A stretch of DNA of 64,000 nt from contig CAYVOF010000003.1 of assembly GCA_964453405.1 (NCBI GenBank), positions 4,286 to 68,285 on the forward strand, read 5' to 3'. The first letter of the stretch is position 1. Each line of letters starts with the position of its first letter. The stretch is from an uncultured Candidatus Saccharibacteria bacterium. GTDB taxonomy: Bacteria; Patescibacteriota; Doudnabacteria; UBA920. Of the stretch, positions 36,797 to 47,066 are shown piece by piece. The notes below the pieces were generated by a model. It saw nothing but the letters and a program-made list of their open reading frames with translations. It was not told where the DNA came from and ran no database searches. The position numbers and the translations under genes were made by a program.

Positions 36797-37885
36797 ATGG
36801 GAATTTTAGATACAATCATCGACACACATCAGCGAGAATCTTTGCAAGAATTTGAGTTAAACTTGATCATTGCCAAGATCCTTGAACCACTAAAAGAGCG
36901 TGAAAAGCTCATTCTTTCAAAGCGCTATGGTTTAAACAATGAACCATTGCAAACGCTTAAGGTTGTAGGCGAAGAACAAGGTTTAACCCGTGAGCGTGTT
37001 CGTCAAATCGAAAAAGAATTACTCAAAAACCTCAAGCGTGGCGTAAACCAACTAGAAGACTTTATTTCTGCTCGTGATTTATTGTTAACTACAATTTCCG
37101 AACACGGTGGATTGATGTCCGAAGAGGCTCTGATTAATTACTTAGGCTATTCCGAAGAGTCTGATATTCAAGCTCTAAAGTTTTTATTGCGCTTAATTAC
37201 CGAAATCGAAGAACATAGCGAAGATGAGCATATCCGACAATCTTGGTCTAAGCTTGGCTTTGACAAAGACTTTTTGCATGACTTTGTTAAGACCACTAAG
37301 AAACTATTAGACAACCACGGACAACCCTTAGACTCAGATAAATTTATCGAAAAATTTGAACAATCAGAATTTTTTAAGAACAACCAAGATAAACTTAGTC
37401 CTAAAGTTGTACTTAACTACTTACAAGCATCTAGCGGCATCAAAAAGAATCCTTATGGTGAATTTGGGTTAGGCCACTGGAACGAAATTAAACCTAAAGA
37501 TGTTGGTGACAAAGCTTATTTAGTAATGAAGCACCACAAAAAACCAGAACATTATTCAGCTATTACTGATTTAATCAACGAACACAACATTGACGGCCGC
37601 AAAGCTTACAAAGAAACTGTTCATAATAAATTAATTAAAGATAAACGATTTGTATTAGTTGGCCGCGGTATCTACGCTCTTACTGAGTGGGGATACCAAC
37701 CAGGAGTTGTTTCGGACATTATCGCCGAAATCCTAAAAGACTCTGGTCAACCTATGACACGTGATCAAATTGTAGAAAAAGTTTTAGAACGCCGCATGGT
37801 TAAAAAGAACACTGTATTAGTAGGTCTTTCTAACAAGAAACTGTTCAAAAAGGTTGGTAAGAACCTTTACGCATTAGTGGCTTAA
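36797..37885 (+). CDS. sigma-70 region-4-like HTH fused to a C-terminal HARE-HTH domain
   Basis: N-terminus LSKRYGLNNEPLQTLKVVGEEQGLTRERVRQIEKELLKNL (region 4.2-like). C-terminus DKRFVLVGRGIYALTEWGY matches the HARE-HTH (RNAP delta-like) signature. Confidence 0.5.
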   Translation: MGILDTIIDTHQRESLQEFELNLIIAKILEPLKEREKLILSKRYGLNNEPLQTLKVVGEEQGLTRERVRQIEKELLKNLKRGVNQLEDFISARDLLLTTISEHGGLMSEEALINYLGYSEESDIQALKFLLRLITEIEEHSEDEHIRQSWSKLGFDKDFLHDFVKTTKKLLDNHGQPLDSDKFIEKFEQSEFFKNNQDKLSPKVVLNYLQASSGIKKNPYGEFGLGHWNEIKPKDVGDKAYLVMKHHKKPEHYSAITDLINEHNIDGRKAYKETVHNKLIKDKRFVLVGRGIYALTEWGYQPGVVSDIIAEILKDSGQPMTRDQIVEKVLERRMVKKNTVLVGLSNKKLFKKVGKNLYALVA

Positions 37886-37928
37886 AAGCATTTAATCAAA
37901 CGCAGAAACAAACACCATATTAAATAAT

Positions 37929-39161
37929 ATGACAAACGGATCTACCTTCGACATAATCTATATATTAAATATTATATGGTTCCTATTCAGTCATGGAGGA
38001 TGGGTCCTTTTTGTTTTGTTGGCAATTTATCTTCTATATCAGATGTATATGGGAGAAATCCAAGGGCAGTATCTAAGTAGTATTGAATGGGTACTTTTAG
38101 AAATTAAGCCTCCTAAGGACAATCCTACCAGTTTTTATAATGCTGAACAGGTCTTTATTCAATTACATCAGTTATTTGATAACTGGACTTTTCAAGAAAA
38201 GTATTTAGAGGGGAAAATAGTATTTACTGTTTCATTTGAAATTGTTAGCTTGGGTGGAAAAATTTCTTATTTAATTCGCGCTCCAAAAAAGCAACAAGAT
38301 TTAATAGAAGCAGCTTTATATGCCAACTACCCAAGTATTGAAATTACCGAAGTTAAAGATTATTTAGAAAATTTTCACTATAGTCCTGATGATCCTCGCT
38401 ATGACCTGTTTGGCGCTGAATTTATACCAGTTAAAAGCCAAGCTTTTCCGATTCGAACTTATCGAGAATTTGAAAGTTTAAAAGGTCCCGAATTAAGCGA
38501 AATTGTGGTTGACCCACTTGCGCCATTGCTAGAAACCTATACCAAAATTGGTAGTCAGGAATTTTACGGTTTGCAAATTATTATTCAACCTGTAATGGAT
38601 AACTCCTGGAAAGAAGAAGTTGAAAATGAAGTTGAAAAAGTATTAGGCGAAAAAACTGTTGTTAGCGCTGACGGTAAAAAAACCAAGGTAAAGAATGATA
38701 TGATGGGTATAGACGAAATTGTTAAACAGCAAGTTACGGCTATGAAAAATAAGCTTAACCGTCCAGGTTTTAGTACCAAGATTCGTTTTTTGCATTTAGG
38801 AACAGCAGAGCAATTTAACAAGAACGCTAAAAAATTGGTGCTAAGTCCGTTCAGAATTTTTTCATCTGGAAACTTTAACAGTCTTAAACCTGCGTTTGGA
38901 CCAAAAAAAGATTACAGAATTTCCCCCAATTTAGAAGCAGCGTATATTAACTATTGGGTTAAAAATAGAAAGAAAGATATTTTTAATGGTTATAAAGGAC
39001 GTAGCACATGGGTAGGTGAAAAAACATTTATTCTTAATACGGAAGAGTTGGCTACTCTATATCACTTTCCGATCACAACACCTGGTTCTAATCAAACAGT
39101 GGAGTCATTGGACACAAAGAAAATCCAACCACCAGCCAACTTACCAATTGATGATTTATAA
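37929..39161 (+). CDS. hypothetical membrane protein (410 aa) upstream of the T4CP-like ATPase
   Basis: N-terminal TM helix pair, then a large soluble domain. No family recognised. Confidence 0.5.
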   Translation: MTNGSTFDIIYILNIIWFLFSHGGWVLFVLLAIYLLYQMYMGEIQGQYLSSIEWVLLEIKPPKDNPTSFYNAEQVFIQLHQLFDNWTFQEKYLEGKIVFTVSFEIVSLGGKISYLIRAPKKQQDLIEAALYANYPSIEITEVKDYLENFHYSPDDPRYDLFGAEFIPVKSQAFPIRTYREFESLKGPELSEIVVDPLAPLLETYTKIGSQEFYGLQIIIQPVMDNSWKEEVENEVEKVLGEKTVVSADGKKTKVKNDMMGIDEIVKQQVTAMKNKLNRPGFSTKIRFLHLGTAEQFNKNAKKLVLSPFRIFSSGNFNSLKPAFGPKKDYRISPNLEAAYINYWVKNRKKDIFNGYKGRSTWVGEKTFILNTEELATLYHFPITTPGSNQTVESLDTKKIQPPANLPIDDL

Positions 39162-39166
39162 ATTTT

Positions 39167-41029
39167 ATGGAAACAACCTCAGGACAACCTAAAGAACATA
39201 TTAATTTCTTCGCTAAGACCAACTTCCGCAACAAGCAGGTGCCTTTTGGTATTAAGCCAGATGACCGACGCCGTCACATGTACGTTATCGGTAAGACCGG
39301 TATGGGAAAAACTTCCATGATGGAAAACATGGTTGTTCAGGATATCCGCAATGGTAACGGAGTTTGTTTTATTGATCCTCATGGCGACTCGATTCAAAAA
39401 CTTCTAGATTATGTACCACCAAGCCGCATTAATGACGTGGTGTATTTTAACCCAGCCGATCAGGACTTTCCGATTGCTTTAAATATTTTAGAATCTGTTG
39501 ATCCTAAGTACCAGCATTTAGTGGCTTCGGGATTGATGGGTGTATTTACCAAAATTTGGGCAGGAGTTTGGTCGCCACGTATGGAATACATCTTAAACAA
39601 CACTATTTTGGCGTTGTTAGATAGCCCAGGCAATACAATGCTTGGGATTGTGCGCATGTACGTAGACAAAAAGTATCGCAAAAAAATAGTTGATGCTATT
39701 AAAGATCCGATGGTCCGAGCCTTTTGGGTAGAAGAATTTGCTAACTACGCCGAAAAGTATCGTACAGAAGCCGTAGCTCCGATTCAAAACAAAGTCGGAC
39801 AATTTTTATCGTCTTCAATTATTAGAAACATTATTGGGCAACCAAAGTCTACGATAGATTTGCGTGAGATTATGGACAACCAAAAAATTCTCTTAATGGA
39901 TTTGTCCAAAGGTAAAGTAGGTGAAGATAGCTCGGCTTTGCTTGGTGCTATGATTATCACCAAACTCCAGTTAGCTGCTTTATCTCGTGTGGATATTCCA
40001 GAACCTGACCGAAAAGATTTTTATTTATACGTAGATGAGTTCCAAAACTTTGTAACAGACAGTTTTGCTACTATTTTGTCCGAAGCGCGTAAATATCGCC
40101 TAAATTTAACCGTTGGCCATCAGTATATCGGACAGTTAACTCCGGACAATAACACTAAAGTGCGCGATGCTGTGTTTGGTAACGTTGGAAGTATGATTGT
40201 ATTTCGTGTTGGTGCTGCTGACGCCGAATATCTAGAAACAGAATTTGAACCAGCATTTACCCCGGTAGATATTGTAAACTTACCTAAGTGGCACATTGTG
40301 TTAAAACTGATGATCAATGGTATCGCTAGTGATCCGTTTACAGCCGTGACTGTTCCTATAAATGAAGAGTGGAAAATAGGGAATGGTGAGAAGATAATTA
40401 AAGTTTCTCGAGAACGATACGCCAATCCTCGCGCTGACGTAGAGGATAAGATCCAGCGTTGGATGGGTACAGAATTTCATGAAGCTTCTGCCGAATCTCA
40501 CAGCTCCGAAAACGGCGAGCAGTCTTTGCGTCGCCAAGAAGCCACCAAGCGTGAATTTAAGCCAAAGCCACCAACTGGTTTTACTAATGCAATGCGTGAT
40601 GCAGCGCAATCTCAAGCTCCAGCACCAAGATCAGAACCTAAAATTCAAGTAGCTGAAGACTTTTTAGAAAGGGTTAAGGCCGTACCTAAGCCTGTTGTTG
40701 AACCTATCGCACCAGCACCTAGACAACTACCAAAACAGCAAGCACCAAAATCTAATGACTCATGGCCCTCTCCAAAAAAGTTTAACACTTCTCCAAAGCC
40801 ATTTAAAAAAGATAATAAACCTGCGAAACCAAAAAAACCTATTAATGATGTATGGAAAACAGTACAAAATTTACAGGACGCCAAACAGGAAGATTTAGCA
40901 GATAATATTGCCAGCGCCATGGAGACAGTATTCTCTTCACCTAAACCTGCTCAAGCAGAACAACCAGTTCAACCAAAACCGCAAGAAAATAATTCTATAG
41001 TGGAAGAAGGTAAGACATACGATTTATAG
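39167..41029 (+). CDS. VirD4/TraD-like type IV coupling protein-family P-loop ATPase (cytoplasmic, no TM)
   Basis: Walker A YVIGKTGMGKTS...CFIDPHGD, Walker B FYLYVDEFQNF, and a T4CP-like RKYRLNLTVGHQYIGQL. C-terminal low-complexity tail rich in P/K/Q. Confidence 0.55.
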   Translation: METTSGQPKEHINFFAKTNFRNKQVPFGIKPDDRRRHMYVIGKTGMGKTSMMENMVVQDIRNGNGVCFIDPHGDSIQKLLDYVPPSRINDVVYFNPADQDFPIALNILESVDPKYQHLVASGLMGVFTKIWAGVWSPRMEYILNNTILALLDSPGNTMLGIVRMYVDKKYRKKIVDAIKDPMVRAFWVEEFANYAEKYRTEAVAPIQNKVGQFLSSSIIRNIIGQPKSTIDLREIMDNQKILLMDLSKGKVGEDSSALLGAMIITKLQLAALSRVDIPEPDRKDFYLYVDEFQNFVTDSFATILSEARKYRLNLTVGHQYIGQLTPDNNTKVRDAVFGNVGSMIVFRVGAADAEYLETEFEPAFTPVDIVNLPKWHIVLKLMINGIASDPFTAVTVPINEEWKIGNGEKIIKVSRERYANPRADVEDKIQRWMGTEFHEASAESHSSENGEQSLRRQEATKREFKPKPPTGFTNAMRDAAQSQAPAPRSEPKIQVAEDFLERVKAVPKPVVEPIAPAPRQLPKQQAPKSNDSWPSPKKFNTSPKPFKKDNKPAKPKKPINDVWKTVQNLQDAKQEDLADNIASAMETVFSSPKPAQAEQPVQPKPQENNSIVEEGKTYDL

Positions 41030-41035
41030 ACACAA

Positions 41036-41070
41036 TCAAAAACAGCCACAAATTAATGTGGCTGTTTTTG
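41036..41070. terminator. bidirectional terminator between the ATPase gene and trxA
   Basis: AAAACAGCCACA-aattaa-TGTGGCTGTTTTT. Confidence 0.5.
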
Positions 41071-41079
41071 ATTTGAAAA

Positions 41080-41403
41080 TTATTCTAGATGTTTTGCTAG
41101 CTCGGCTTCGATAGTAGCTTTTGGAGCTGCTCCTACGATTTCACCTACGATCTGTCCGGCTTTAAAGAACTTCATAGTAGGGATACTGAGGATATTATAT
41201 TGCTGGGTTAATTCAGGCTCTTCATCTACATTGACTTTAGCCACAACAAGCTTTTCAGGATAAGCCTCGGCAAGTTCAGTTACAATTGGGCCTAAAATCT
41301 TACACGGACCACACCAAACTGCCCAAAAATCTACTAAAACTACCTTATCAGATTTGAGCACATCTTGGTCAAAATTAGCTTTTGTTACTTTGATTTCATT
41401 CAT
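41080..41403 (-). CDS. trxA: thioredoxin
   Basis: WAVWCGPCK active site. 107 aa. Confidence 0.9.
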   Translation of the reverse strand: MNEIKVTKANFDQDVLKSDKVVLVDFWAVWCGPCKILGPIVTELAEAYPEKLVVAKVNVDEEPELTQQYNILSIPTMKFFKAGQIVGEIVGAAPKATIEAELAKHLE

Positions 41404-41521
41404 AAATTTAGTTTAATGATGCCTAATCATTTTATTAAAATTTAAGGTTGGTGTCAATAATTCAAAATAAGGTGATAAAAAATTAAAGACTAGATTTATC
41501 TAGTCTTAATATTGAATTTGC

Positions 41522-41944
41522 TTATGTTGTCAGGAACTCAAAAAACTCCTCTGAGATCCTTAACTCATTTGCAGGGAATAATTCCCATAATTCTATGGTT
41601 CTGTGGTGTACCATCGGAATAATCTTATGAGTTAAATCTGGGGCTTTTACCTTCATAAACACACTAGGAATATATAATATTGAACCCTTTTTGGAAGGAA
41701 AAGAAAATAATAATACTTTCCCTGGGATGTAAAAGCCATACCCAGTTTGAATTAGCATTTTCTCTTCTATATTGCGAATTAACTCTTCTCCGATGTTAAG
41801 ATCTGTAAATTTAAAAAACTCTTTCGACGTTGAGCAGTCAGGGACATTCTCCATTCCAAAAATCATTTCTGCAATATACTGAAAAGCTTTGGGAACTCTA
41901 TCATTTGCCGATGGACTAACATATCCAAAAACATCATCGGGCAT
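41522..41944 (-). CDS. hypothetical protein (140 aa)
   Basis: Intact ORF. The RBS is ~30 nt from the ATG, so the start is uncertain. Confidence 0.4.
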   Translation of the reverse strand: MPDDVFGYVSPSANDRVPKAFQYIAEMIFGMENVPDCSTSKEFFKFTDLNIGEELIRNIEEKMLIQTGYGFYIPGKVLLFSFPSKKGSILYIPSVFMKVKAPDLTHKIIPMVHHRTIELWELFPANELRISEEFFEFLTT

Positions 41945-42107
41945 TTCTGAAATTCTTTGAACCGTAACTATCTATCCTCCTAAATTATCTTGATCAACGA
42001 GACATATCATTAAATCATCAATTTTTGATATTGTCAATTACTCCATGATTTAGCCTAAGCTTAATATGGGTTTGCACAAAACCTAAATCAACCTTATCAT
42101 TACTGTA

Positions 42108-43037
42108 ATGTTGAGAATTTTAAAGTTCATATCCCTAAGCATAGTTGGCGTTTTGCTCCTGTATGGAGTGTCTTTTTTGTTTTCTAATGCTGGCCTGAGT
42201 CCAAGCAATGAATCTAAAACTATTACAGGTCAAATCGATGAGGTTAAAAATAAGGCCTCAAGTTACATACTTTCCAACAAGGACATTCCTGAGGTCAAAG
42301 CAGCCAGTTACGAAGTTGTAGATTTATCTAATAATCAAGTACTTCTGAGCAAACGGCCTGACAGCGCATTATTAGTAGCCAGTCTAACCAAACTAATGAC
42401 TACTTGGATCGTACTTAACTACGGCAAACTTAACGACACATATCAAATTACTGCTCAAGATGTAAAGTCATTCAGCCCCTCCCTGGGTTTAGTAGTAGGA
42501 GATAAAGTATTAGTTTCAGATTTGCTAAATAGCATGCTAATTGGTTCAGCCAATGATGCAGCTTTGTCTTTGTCGCACTACGTAGAGAAGAAGCAAACCA
42601 AAACTTTTGCTGACCTGATGAATCTAGAGGCACAAAGTTTAAACTTAACCGATACTCGTTTTAGCAATCCAAATGGTTTTGACAGTGACACAAATTATTC
42701 TTCTAGTAATGATCTTAAAATTTTATTTGCTAAATTGAATGAACGTCACGTTTTTGATTCTACCTCACGAGCCACCAGTTACTCCTTTTCTGGATTACTG
42801 CAAAAAACTTACAAAATTTCGGCTACAAATGTATTGCTCGCCAAGTACAAAGACCTCTATGCAGTCAAAACTGGTTTTACAAATGAGGCTCAAGGGAGCA
42901 TGATCAATTTACTCAAAATCGGACAAAAACAGTACTTAATTATTGTATTAGGTAGTCCTGATAGGGAAGCAGACACACTAGAACTTAGGCAAATTATTTT
43001 AGATTCTAACTTAAGCAATCGTAACGGTAATATATAG
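42108..43037 (+). CDS. D-alanyl-D-alanine carboxypeptidase (peptidase S11, PBP5/6-like)
   Basis: SxxK (ASLTK), SxN (GSANDA) and KTG (KTGFT) motifs, with an N-terminal signal/TM. Confidence 0.8.
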   Translation: MLRILKFISLSIVGVLLLYGVSFLFSNAGLSPSNESKTITGQIDEVKNKASSYILSNKDIPEVKAASYEVVDLSNNQVLLSKRPDSALLVASLTKLMTTWIVLNYGKLNDTYQITAQDVKSFSPSLGLVVGDKVLVSDLLNSMLIGSANDAALSLSHYVEKKQTKTFADLMNLEAQSLNLTDTRFSNPNGFDSDTNYSSSNDLKILFAKLNERHVFDSTSRATSYSFSGLLQKTYKISATNVLLAKYKDLYAVKTGFTNEAQGSMINLLKIGQKQYLIIVLGSPDREADTLELRQIILDSNLSNRNGNI

Positions 43038-43060
43038 AACAATATGGTATAATAAATCTA

Positions 43061-44101
43061 ATGATCACAGATTTATTAATCAAAATTTTCTCGCTAACCA
43101 CGATTGCTTTTTTGTTTGCTATTGCCATTACACCATTTGTGACTAATATTCTGTATCGGTTTAATTTAGGCAAACAAATTCGTAATGATGGCTCTACGCC
43201 ACTGTTTTCGCGCATGCATGCTGGCAAAGAAGGTACTCCAACCATGGGTGGAGTGATTGTTTGGGGAACAACTTTAGTCCTAGGAACGGTGTTTTGGATA
43301 TTTGACCGCGTTGTTGGTATAGAAAATTTCCATATTCTCAATTTTTTAACACGTAAAGAAACCTTATTACCACTGGGTGCCTTGCTCGGAGCTGCGGTTG
43401 TAGGTTTAATGGATGACTATTTAGATATTCGTCGCTTAGGACACATGGGTCGTGGTTTTAGGTTTCGATTTAAAATCCTACTCTATACTGCTGTGGCTTT
43501 AATTGGAGCCTGGTGGTTTTACTACAAACTTGGTTTTGATTTTTTGCATATTCCTTTTTATGGCGACATTACTTTAGGTTGGTTGTTTATTCCTTTTTTC
43601 TTGTTGGTAACAATTGGAACCAGCTTTGCGGTTAACCAAACTGATGGTTTAGATGGATTAGCAGGCGGCGTTTTGCTAATTGCTTTTATTTGTTTTGCTC
43701 TGATTTCTTTCATGCTAGGAAAAGACAACTTAGCGGCGATGCTAGGGGTGGTCTCTGGTTCGCTGCTAGCGTTTTTATGGTTTAATGTTCACCCCGCTAG
43801 ATTCTTTATGGGGGACACAGGCTCGATGGGGCTTGGTACACTGCTTGCCATCGTAGCGTTCCTTACTAATAGTGTCTTGTTACTACCATTAATAGGTCTC
43901 GTATTTATTGTGGAGGCGGGTAGCTATTTTATTCAACTCTTTTGGAAAGTAGCTTTTAAGAAAAAGTTCTTCTTATCAGCACCCATTCATCATCATCTCG
44001 AAGCTATAGGTTGGCCAGAAGCGAAAGTCACAATGCGATTTTGGATTCTTTCGAGTATTGCTGGAATTATGGCTATTATTATTTTCTTCTTAGATCGCTA
44101 A
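43061..44101 (+). CDS. mraY: phospho-N-acetylmuramoyl-pentapeptide transferase
   Basis: DDxxD (MDDYLDI), NQTDGLDGLAGG, and FFMGDTGSMGLG. Confidence 0.9.
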   Translation: MITDLLIKIFSLTTIAFLFAIAITPFVTNILYRFNLGKQIRNDGSTPLFSRMHAGKEGTPTMGGVIVWGTTLVLGTVFWIFDRVVGIENFHILNFLTRKETLLPLGALLGAAVVGLMDDYLDIRRLGHMGRGFRFRFKILLYTAVALIGAWWFYYKLGFDFLHIPFYGDITLGWLFIPFFLLVTIGTSFAVNQTDGLDGLAGGVLLIAFICFALISFMLGKDNLAAMLGVVSGSLLAFLWFNVHPARFFMGDTGSMGLGTLLAIVAFLTNSVLLLPLIGLVFIVEAGSYFIQLFWKVAFKKKFFLSAPIHHHLEAIGWPEAKVTMRFWILSSIAGIMAIIIFFLDR

Positions 44102-44104
44102 ATT

Positions 44105-45664
44105 ATGTATTCATTGGTAATTAAAAATGCGACTGTCATCGATGGTTCTGGTAAGCTGGGCGCTATTCAGGATGTAGCAGTTGAAGACGATAAGATTGTT
44201 GCGGTCGGACCAAATATCACCACAGGTGGGAAAACTGTTTTTGATGGCGCGGGCTTAATTTTAGCACCGGGCTTTATTGATATTCAAAACCACAGCGACA
44301 GTTATTGGCAGTTGTTCGACAACCCTCCTTTACACAGCTTGGTCACACAAGGATTCACTACTATCTTAGTTGGGAATTCTGGATCAAGTTTGGCGCCGTT
44401 AATTTCGGAACATAGTATTTTGTCGATTCAAAAATGGAAGCCGCTAACTGGTATAAACATAGATTGGCGAACCTACCCTGAATACAAGCAACATATGCTG
44501 TCCAACACCTACGGCACCAATGTAGCCACTATGATTGGCTATTCTACAGTACGACGTGGTATGTTGGGAGACTCTGATAAATCTCCATCCAAAGCCGAAA
44601 TGGACTCAATCCTCGCTGTCCTAGAAAAGTGTTTATTAGATGGGGCAAAAGGAATTTCTGTAGGTTTGCAATACTCGCACGAACTAAATGTCACTCAAGC
44701 TGAACTATTTAGCTTAGCCGAACTCTGCGCAAAGCACGACAAGTTATTTTCTGTAGCTATGCGCCGCGAAAGCAAAACAATAGTTAGCTCTGCCCAAGAA
44801 CTTTGCGCTATTGCCGAACAAACCGGAGTCAAACTTAAAATTTCACATTTAAAAATTCGTTACAAAGAAAATAGCTTATTACTGGTTGACTTGCTCGACA
44901 CTATCGAATCCAGTTGGCATCGCGGGGCAAAAATTATGTTTGATTCGTATCCATATGACTTTACCTGGCAACCACTGTTTAACTACTTACCAAACTGGGC
45001 AGTTGAAGGCGGTCGCAAACCATTACTAGAAAGACTTCAATCACCAGACACTCGGGATAAAATTTTGACTTATCTTCGTAATCATTCAGCGAATATTGCA
45101 GAGTTGATTATTGCTTCTACTGGCCAAGGATTAAAAGTAAATGGTCGCACCATGTCGAGCATTGCCAAGGATATGAATCTCACCAGCGAAGAAGCTGTGT
45201 TAAACATTGTTCAAGCAGGTGGTAGCGGGACATTGGTTTTTGATCATTGCATCGACCCAAAGATGGTAGCTGTATTTAATAATCACAGTTTGGGATTGAT
45301 CGCCACAAGTGGGGGAGGATTTAATTTAGAAAATGTTACTAACTTAGTTCATCCACGAAGCTTTGGAACAGCTACAAAGTTTTTGCATAACGTAATTGAA
45401 AAGAAAGAAATAGCTTTAGAGGAAGCTATTGCAAAACTCACCAGCCGACCAGCACAAATGATTAATTTAGATAATCGTGGTTTAATTAAAACCGGCAATT
45501 TTGCAGATTTAGTTTTATTTGATCCTCTAGAAATAAACTCTTTGGCTAGTATAAATAACCCTTACCAATACTCACTCGGAATTAAAGCCGTTTGGGTGAA
45601 TGGCAAATTAACTGTGAGAAGTTCCAGTCCATTAGGTACTCAAGCAGGGCAATTTTTAAGTTAA
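44105..45664 (+). CDS. amidohydrolase (D-aminoacylase-like)
   Basis: IKNATVIDGSG...APGFIDIQNHSD metal-binding N-terminus of the amidohydrolase-3/D-aminoacylase family. Confidence 0.65.
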   Translation: MYSLVIKNATVIDGSGKLGAIQDVAVEDDKIVAVGPNITTGGKTVFDGAGLILAPGFIDIQNHSDSYWQLFDNPPLHSLVTQGFTTILVGNSGSSLAPLISEHSILSIQKWKPLTGINIDWRTYPEYKQHMLSNTYGTNVATMIGYSTVRRGMLGDSDKSPSKAEMDSILAVLEKCLLDGAKGISVGLQYSHELNVTQAELFSLAELCAKHDKLFSVAMRRESKTIVSSAQELCAIAEQTGVKLKISHLKIRYKENSLLLVDLLDTIESSWHRGAKIMFDSYPYDFTWQPLFNYLPNWAVEGGRKPLLERLQSPDTRDKILTYLRNHSANIAELIIASTGQGLKVNGRTMSSIAKDMNLTSEEAVLNIVQAGGSGTLVFDHCIDPKMVAVFNNHSLGLIATSGGGFNLENVTNLVHPRSFGTATKFLHNVIEKKEIALEEAIAKLTSRPAQMINLDNRGLIKTGNFADLVLFDPLEINSLASINNPYQYSLGIKAVWVNGKLTVRSSSPLGTQAGQFLS

Positions 45665-45667
45665 CTT

Positions 45668-47062
45668 ATGACCATAGAAGATTTACAACAAAAAAAAGTT
45701 GCTGTGTTGGGATTTGGTCAAGAAGGCCAAGCCATTGCTGAATATTTGATTAACCATAAAATTGCGCCAGCGATTTATGATGGCAAAGATTTAGCTAGCT
45801 GGAAGCCCGCTAACCTAGCCAAGTTACAACACTTAAAACTAACAGCTAATTGTGCGGAAGATTTTATTGACCAAGCTATTAATCAGGTGGATGTAATTTT
45901 TCGTAGTCCCGGGATCAAAATTTCTGATGATCAATACAATATTGCTGACAAAAAAAATCTTTTAATCACTAGTCAGACTCAGTGGTTTTTTGAACACTGC
46001 CCAGCCAAAATTATTGGCGTAACTGGTACAAAAGGAAAAGGTACAACGGCAAGTCTGTTATACAAAATGCTTGTAAAGCAGTTTACTGGATCAAACCAAA
46101 TTTTTTTGACTGGCAATATTGGAAAAATTCAACCTTTAGAATTTTTAGAAAAACTGACTGAGATTGATTTGGTAGTTTATGAACTATCTAGCTTTCAATT
46201 GCAGAACCTGTTGCTAAGTCCGCAAATCGGAATTTGCTTGATGGTGACATCTGATCATTTAGATTATCATCATGACTTAACAGAATACCACTCGGCTAAA
46301 TACGCGGTTTCTAAATTCCAAAATAAGTCCGATGTTTTGATTTATAACGCTGATTACGAAGCAACTCGACATATTGCTCAGCAAGGCCAAGGCCAAAAAT
46401 TAGCAGTGACTAAATTAGAAAAGCTCCCGACTGAATTTGGTACAAAAATTTTTGCAGAACAAGAAAAGATTGATATCCATCTACAGTCTGGCAAAGGGCT
46501 AATACTCGCAACTCAACCGCGTTTATTAATGGGCAAACATAATTTGGAGAATATAGCCGCTGCAAGCACTGCGGCAGCGATTCTAGAAGTGAGTTCAGAA
46601 AATATCCAACAACAAATTCAAACCTTTGCAGGATTAGAGCATCGTTTACAATTTGTTTCCGAAGTAGGTGGAGTAAAATATTATAATGACTCGGTTTCTA
46701 CTAATCCTGACACTACAATTGCTGCGATCAAATCTTTCGAGCAACCAATCATTCTAATTGTTGGTGGTGCGGTTAAAAATTTAGATTACACAAACTTAGT
46801 GAACGAAATTATTACCGCCGAACATATTAAAGCAGTAGTGACCATGGGTCCAGCAGGTGAAGTAATAAAAAGGCTGCTGTTAGAAGAAAACTTTGATAAG
46901 CCAATGTCCGGACCATTATATGAATTTAAGCAAGTAGTAGATTCAGCTAATAAGTTTGTTGCAAGTGGCGACATTGTGTTACTCAGCCCAGGCGCGACCT
47001 CTTTTGACATGTTTAATAGCTACGCAGAACGAGGAGATCAATTTATAAAATTAGTATCGTAG
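45668..47062 (+). CDS. murD: UDP-N-acetylmuramoylalanine--D-glutamate ligase
   Basis: VAVLGFGQEGQA and GVTGTKGKGTT, located between mraY and ftsW. Confidence 0.85.
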   Translation: MTIEDLQQKKVAVLGFGQEGQAIAEYLINHKIAPAIYDGKDLASWKPANLAKLQHLKLTANCAEDFIDQAINQVDVIFRSPGIKISDDQYNIADKKNLLITSQTQWFFEHCPAKIIGVTGTKGKGTTASLLYKMLVKQFTGSNQIFLTGNIGKIQPLEFLEKLTEIDLVVYELSSFQLQNLLLSPQIGICLMVTSDHLDYHHDLTEYHSAKYAVSKFQNKSDVLIYNADYEATRHIAQQGQGQKLAVTKLEKLPTEFGTKIFAEQEKIDIHLQSGKGLILATQPRLLMGKHNLENIAAASTAAAILEVSSENIQQQIQTFAGLEHRLQFVSEVGGVKYYNDSVSTNPDTTIAAIKSFEQPIILIVGGAVKNLDYTNLVNEIITAEHIKAVVTMGPAGEVIKRLLLEENFDKPMSGPLYEFKQVVDSANKFVASGDIVLLSPGATSFDMFNSYAERGDQFIKLVS

Positions 47063-47066
47063 ATTC

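Noticed and set aside
40120-40920. Several 90-104-aa minus-strand ORFs inside the T4CP-like gene
   Set aside because: Antisense to a strongly supported ATPase gene, in its low-complexity 3' region. Compositional artefacts.
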